The translations under genes were made by a program, and so were the position numbers. A DNA stretch of 64,000 nt from a virus (taxonomy: Duplodnaviria; Caudoviricetes), in IMG/VR virus record IMGVR_UViG_3300028591_000071; one strand, given 5' to 3'. The notes under the pieces are model-generated. The model saw only the letters and a list, made by a program, of their open reading frames with translations, ran no database searches and was not told the DNA's origin. Below, piece by piece: positions 59,660 to 64,000 of this stretch. Each line of letters starts with the position of its first letter. Position 1 is the stretch's first letter.

Positions 59660-59695
59660 TTACGGGGGTCCTGTCAAATAAACCTAGTGTTTCAT
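59660..59695 (-). promoter_or_regulatory. amber-containing leader minigene MKH*VYLTGPP*
   Basis: ATG AAA CAC TAG GTT TAT TTG ACA GGA CCC CCG TAA after an A-rich 5' region. Confidence 0.5.
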
Positions 59696-59720
59696 AACTC
59701 TTTTGTTTTTGTTGTTTATT

Positions 59721-59923
59721 TTATTCCTTGTACATACCACAACGGCAGTGTCCCGTCTCACGGTACTCCTTACACGGACAAATGGTGTCCTCGCTGTGTG
59801 CGAGAGGGGTTACACAAGGACAATAACCCTCCCCATATTTTTCTCTCTTCTCTCGATTCCTGCCTTTACGCGTTCGACCTTTTCCTTGTCGTCAACGTAA
59901 ACGTACTTCGCTGCTTCGCTCAT
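59721..59923 (-). pseudogene. ferredoxin-thioredoxin reductase catalytic-like gene, frameshifted
   Basis: ATGA-coupled start; GYCPC..ICPC..CRCG lies in the -1 frame after an A5 run near 59840. Confidence 0.65.
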
Positions 59924-60447
59924 TTATAATATCCATTAAACTTGGAAGTATCCGTCTCTCCCCTTATTTCCTCGAAAAAATCGGACATCTTCTTATACAC
60001 GTACTTATCCCACGTTCCGTGTTTATACATATCTCCTTCTGCAGATGTAATATCAAGTACAGGAACTAAATACCACACATACACCTCGTAGTGTTCGTTC
60101 GCCGGATGCGAAAAATCCGGCATCATCTTCTCTGCATTGAAAGGGCACATCCACGGGTCATGAGGATTCTTAATCCTGATACTATAAATTTTCTCGGACT
60201 CGCTTACGGACACGTGAATGTGTAAATTGTCATAAAACAGGTCGTACACTTCCTTGTCCTCTGAAACCCTTTTGAAATTTGCGTTTCCTGTAATCTCTGA
60301 AACGGACCCGTTGGGAAGTACCTTGTTGATGTCAGTCGGGTCATCCCATGAGCCATATTTCTCGATAGTCTTAATAGCATTCTTAATGCTCATGCTGTAA
60401 TTCCTTGCCTTAGTTTCCGCAAGCCACTGATAAATAAGTTTACACAT
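59920..60447 (-). CDS. hypothetical protein
   Basis: follows a -7 box at 60478. Confidence 0.6.
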   Translation of the reverse strand: MCKLIYQWLAETKARNYSMSIKNAIKTIEKYGSWDDPTDINKVLPNGSVSEITGNANFKRVSEDKEVYDLFYDNLHIHVSVSESEKIYSIRIKNPHDPWMCPFNAEKMMPDFSHPANEHYEVYVWYLVPVLDITSAEGDMYKHGTWDKYVYKKMSDFFEEIRGETDTSKFNGYYK

Positions 60448-60548
60448 ATAACGTTCAAAATTTTAATTGTAACTAATGCAAATATACAAAATAATTAGTT
60501 TAAAACAAATTATGTCACTATTTATATTTTGATAAACATCTAAACAAT

Positions 60549-60698
60549 ATGGCATGTTCTTGTAAAAATGGGGCTTCAAAGAAGCAAGTAACCTCTGTTA
60601 AGCAGGTTGTTAAAAAACCCGCTACGGTAACTCCCTCTACTTCTGAGCCGCAGCGAAAGACTTTGACTAAGAGAGTTATTTTAAGGAGGCATATCTAA
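60549..60698 (+). CDS. small basic protein MACSCK..., probably late
   Basis: late motif at 60517; terminator at about 60712-60745. Confidence 0.55.
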   Translation: MACSCKNGASKKQVTSVKQVVKKPATVTPSTSEPQRKTLTKRVILRRHI

Positions 60699-60792
60699 TT
60701 TGAAGACAAACAAAGGAGGGTAATCATCAACCCTCCTTTTCTTTTTACATTCAAAGATGGCCTTGATATGAATGTAGTCTTCCAAACTAAAC

Positions 60793-61338
60793 TTATTTGC
60801 AATTCCTTTCAACGAATATATCAGTGGCAGCAGAAAGAAGTTCTGCTTCAAAATCGAAGACACCCTTCATCAAAACGCCGAACATTTTTTCTGTGTCCGA
60901 GTCTCCGTCCCTAATACCGTCTATAAAATCGGTTATTGAAGAATCGTTTGCATGCATAGTTATGTTGGCATAATTAACATAATTTTCGAATACCCCAAGT
61001 AGTGCTTTACCAATTGGATTCTTAACTTTGCTTTTCATTTCAGTTAAACATTCTTCAACCGTAACGCCACTAAGAAAATCACACACTTCTTCGCCTGTGA
61101 GTATTCTATGCATTCTTTTTTTACCAGTACAAAGAACTTTTCTAACGAACGGAAATGAAAAGGTCTCAAGTGACTGACTATTTTTTTCTTGTGAGAGCAA
61201 ATAGTTCGCAACATTGTCAAATGACTTAGCACATCTCCATTCATTAATACTACCTTCCTTCAACCCCTGAAGGAAACCAAGTTTTCTCCATCTGTTGAGA
61301 ATTTCTTCGTTTACTTGTTTCATTTCTTCTGTTTCCAT
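60793..61338 (-). CDS. short protein resembling the major capsid protein N-terminus
   Basis: RW.KLGFLQGL...A.YLL...ETFSFPFVRKV; late motif. Confidence 0.5.
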   Translation of the reverse strand: METEEMKQVNEEILNRWRKLGFLQGLKEGSINEWRCAKSFDNVANYLLSQEKNSQSLETFSFPFVRKVLCTGKKRMHRILTGEEVCDFLSGVTVEECLTEMKSKVKNPIGKALLGVFENYVNYANITMHANDSSITDFIDGIRDGDSDTEKMFGVLMKGVFDFEAELLSAATDIFVERNCK

Positions 61339-61414
61339 AATAGTTACCTTTTTCTAATAAATAGTAACCAATTTCAAAAATAGTTACTAAAAATTAAAAA
61401 ATGGTAATTATTTT

Positions 61415-63019
61415 TTATAGGCCCACACTTAGTGGATATTTTACTGAAGGATAAGACCTATAGCCTTCAATTTTAATGTCCTCATACTTGAAATTATCTA
61501 TTTCCTTTATATCAGGGTTAAGCAATAGCGTTGGTAACGGGTACATATGAGGATTATTATCCTTCTGAGAACGCGTATATTCTTCAATCTGATTCTCATA
61601 GACATGTACATCTCCGCCATTGAATATAAGTTCATCCACATCCATGTTTACACAATGTGCAATGATATGAGTTAAAATGCTATAACTCAATATGTTGAAC
61701 GGGAGCCCGAGCAGGCTGTCAACCGACCTTTGATTCCACATACAGCTCAACTTTCTCGTAGGGACACCCGCATTGTCAAATATCTTACTGCTCCTTTCCT
61801 CATCATCAGGATACCAAACGACAGAACCGTCGGCGTAGTTGTCAACAACATACTGTTCCCTTTCCTTGAAAGTCATCTTCTTGGTATAGAACTGACAGCA
61901 GTAATGGCAAGGAGGAAGAGCCATATCCTTAATCTCACCAACATTCCACGCACTAAGCATAATACGCCTATCGTCAGGATTGTTGCGAAGCTTTTCAATA
62001 ACTTCCTTCACTTGGTCAACACCACCAAAGTTACGCCACTGCTTTCCATAGACGGGGCCGAGGTCTCCATATTTATAATATGTATAGCCTTCATCATTTA
62101 TCCTAAATCCGTGATGGAAATTCAACGGGTCTTTCACCTTTTCCAAGAACTCCTCTTTATTAAGAGGATTATCAATTTTAATTTCAACGCCCGTTGGGTC
62201 AACTATCTTGTATTTCTTCATCAATTCAAGATAATATCTATATGCATCATCATCCCAAATATGGACTCCGTTGTCTACGAGGTACTTAATATTGGTATCA
62301 CCCTTCAGAAACCAAAGTAGTTCATGGATGACACCCTTCGCAAACATCTTCTTCGTGGTAAGCATAGGAAGTCCTTCCTTAAGGTTGAACCTCATCTGCA
62401 CGCCGAAGATAGAACGGGTTTTTCCTGCACGAGTGTCTTTCTCCGCCCCATCGCTAATAATCCTATTCACAAGGTCAAGATATTGCGAATCAACATTGTT
62501 GTTTCTTCCTCGCATCTTAACAAACTGCATGGCATAGGCCTTCTTCGGCTCAATCTCCACGGGTCTTCCAATTTCTTCCCAACAATTGTCAGTTACGATG
62601 TCTCGCGGGAAAAATGTGTCTGCATCCTTAGCATCCTCAGAAAGCATGTCAATATAAATCCTATCGACAAGGTCATTTGACAGGGCATAATTATAGATGC
62701 TTGCTCCGCCGATGATGAAAACCTCTTCATCAAGTGTTTTTGCAAAATTTATTGCCCCTTCAAGATTGTCATAGACACGGATTCCGCTATTTTCTGTCCA
62801 AAGGTCTTTTCTTGTGCTTACAATGATGTTCGTCCTGTTCTTAAGCGGATGCCCTATCGCTTCGTAGGTCTTCCTTCCCATAATAACAGGATGGCCCGTA
62901 GTGGTGTCTTTGAACCACTTCAGGTCAGCCTTATTATTCCATGGCATCGCGCCGTTTTTACCCATCGGAAACCCTTTATTTACGATATAGTTTCCAACAG
63001 CGACAATGATGTTTACCAT
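61415..63019 (-). CDS. thyA: bifunctional dihydrofolate reductase-thymidylate synthase
   Basis: N-terminal MPW..DLKWFK..MGRKT, IGGA; C-terminal TTKK, ELLWF, PVYG.QWR, LPPCH, QRS.D..LG.PFN, HVYEN. Confidence 0.93.
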   Translation of the reverse strand: MVNIIVAVGNYIVNKGFPMGKNGAMPWNNKADLKWFKDTTTGHPVIMGRKTYEAIGHPLKNRTNIIVSTRKDLWTENSGIRVYDNLEGAINFAKTLDEEVFIIGGASIYNYALSNDLVDRIYIDMLSEDAKDADTFFPRDIVTDNCWEEIGRPVEIEPKKAYAMQFVKMRGRNNNVDSQYLDLVNRIISDGAEKDTRAGKTRSIFGVQMRFNLKEGLPMLTTKKMFAKGVIHELLWFLKGDTNIKYLVDNGVHIWDDDAYRYYLELMKKYKIVDPTGVEIKIDNPLNKEEFLEKVKDPLNFHHGFRINDEGYTYYKYGDLGPVYGKQWRNFGGVDQVKEVIEKLRNNPDDRRIMLSAWNVGEIKDMALPPCHYCCQFYTKKMTFKEREQYVVDNYADGSVVWYPDDEERSSKIFDNAGVPTRKLSCMWNQRSVDSLLGLPFNILSYSILTHIIAHCVNMDVDELIFNGGDVHVYENQIEEYTRSQKDNNPHMYPLPTLLLNPDIKEIDNFKYEDIKIEGYRSYPSVKYPLSVGL

Positions 63020-63022
63020 TCC

Positions 63023-63685
63023 TTACTTTTTCTTCGTAATTATTTCGTCGATGAGCCCATACTCAAGGGCTTCCTGAGCCATGAACCAATGGTCGCGGTC
63101 TGCATCCTCATTAATCTGGTCGAACGACTTTCCGGTGTTCTTTGAAAGGATGTTGTATAGCAAATTCTGCCACTTTTGGCTTTCCTTCGCCGCAATTTGA
63201 ATGTCAGCGTTCTGCCCATATGCCCCTGAACTTACTTGATGAATCATGATTGTTGAATTGGGAAGGGCATACCTCTTGCCTTTTTCTCCGGAAGAAACAA
63301 GGATTGAGCCCATTGACGCAGCCATACCCATGGTATAGGTCGCCACATCGCAATCAACCCAATTCATCACGTCATAAATTGCAAGTCCATCAATGACACT
63401 TCCTCCGGGAGAATTGATGAACATCTTAATATCTGACGACGGGTCAACGGAATTGAGGTACATCAACTGAGATGTAATGATGTTTGCAACATCGTCGTTG
63501 ATTGCCGTTCCAAGGAAGATAATTCTATCCCCCATAAGTCTGCTAAAGACGTCCATCGTCACCATGTTCAACGACCTTTCCTCAATAATAGTTGGACTGA
63601 TGATGCTATTCGTGTGTTTCTGGTAAGAATCGAGTGTATTAGAACTGATTCCTCTGCTTACTGCATATTTTTCAAAATCTCTCAT
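63023..63685 (-). CDS. clpP: ClpP protease proteolytic subunit
   Basis: DVFSRL..RIIFL, INSPGG, AASMG, MIHQ, RD.W. Confidence 0.93.
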   Translation of the reverse strand: MRDFEKYAVSRGISSNTLDSYQKHTNSIISPTIIEERSLNMVTMDVFSRLMGDRIIFLGTAINDDVANIITSQLMYLNSVDPSSDIKMFINSPGGSVIDGLAIYDVMNWVDCDVATYTMGMAASMGSILVSSGEKGKRYALPNSTIMIHQVSSGAYGQNADIQIAAKESQKWQNLLYNILSKNTGKSFDQINEDADRDHWFMAQEALEYGLIDEIITKKK

Positions 63686-63702
63686 ATTACAAATGTACAA
63701 AA

Positions 63703-63906
63703 TTAAACTGTTTTTTGCAAATAATCTGTCTCGTCCTTGATTACTTCTGTGCGGTATATCATTCCGAGAGAACAATGCTCCCTTGCCATAAACCGTTCCG
63801 TTTCATATTGGATTGCATCTATCTCATCGGAATTACTTCCAATGTATGTCTGCTCTTGGTCGGAATAATACGGGTCAATGGCTGTATATCTAACAGCTCT
63901 CTTCAT
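63703..63906 (-). CDS. hypothetical protein
   Basis: ORF on the operon strand. Confidence 0.5.
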   Translation of the reverse strand: MKRAVRYTAIDPYYSDQEQTYIGSNSDEIDAIQYETERFMAREHCSLGMIYRTEVIKDETDYLQKTV

Positions 63907-64000
63907 ATTTTTCTTTCCTAAGAATCATTTCGGCCTGATGCAACGCAATTATTGCATTTTGGATGTAAATTCTCGCCTCCAAATCAGCATCAGACGGAAA

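Noticed and set aside
59770-59830. HDV-like/theta ribozyme suggested by TCCTCGC
   Set aside because: The P3 and P1.1 topology is missing; the sequence is the antisense of the CPC..CPC coding region
1-64000. Genome-wide TAG or TGA recoding, as in Lak phages
   Set aside because: Conserved genes are intact in code 11, and several end naturally at TAG or TGA

Overview
A 64 kb segment of a jumbo or mega-phage (T4-like/Lak-like gene content), probably infecting Bacteroidota. Host evidence: TAnnTTTG -7 promoters, a Bacteroidetes-type tmRNA tag, and OmpA/lipoprotein cargo. The standard code fits the ORFs, and TAG is used as a true stop. 1-19.5 kb (+): RNA end-healing and sealing enzymes (three RNA ligases, HD-Pnk, a phosphoesterase, a CCA-adding enzyme, a second nucleotidyltransferase) and two DNA methylases. 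19.5-40.5 kb (mostly -): collagen-like fibre, DnaK, YqeY, OmpA, AAA ATPase, HD hydrolase, NAD-dependent DNA ligase. 40.8-58.9 kb (-): an RNA island of about 38 tRNAs covering all 20 amino acids plus an amber suppressor, tmRNA, a group I intron in tRNA-Leu(UAA), three endonuclease genes and many non-canonical RNAs. 58.9-64 kb: Pth2-like protein, DHFR-TS fusion, ClpP. Most striking candidate system: four tRNA genes (Val, Asn, Tyr, Lys) interrupted in the anticodon loop by 77-105 nt inserts with one covarying fold (5' hairpin, then a tRNA-like 8-bp acceptor stem and T-arm, then a terminal C), suggesting an apparently uncharacterised class of tRNA-mimic introns in a genome rich in RNA ligases. Also notable: a circularly permuted ACAGCAA/tRNA-mimic RNA family, a 23S GTPase-centre mimic, a leader peptide containing all 20 amino acids ahead of the tRNA array, and an amber minigene leader upstream of Pth2 and the suppressor tRNA. 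All calls come from reading the sequence by eye; no searches or folding were run.
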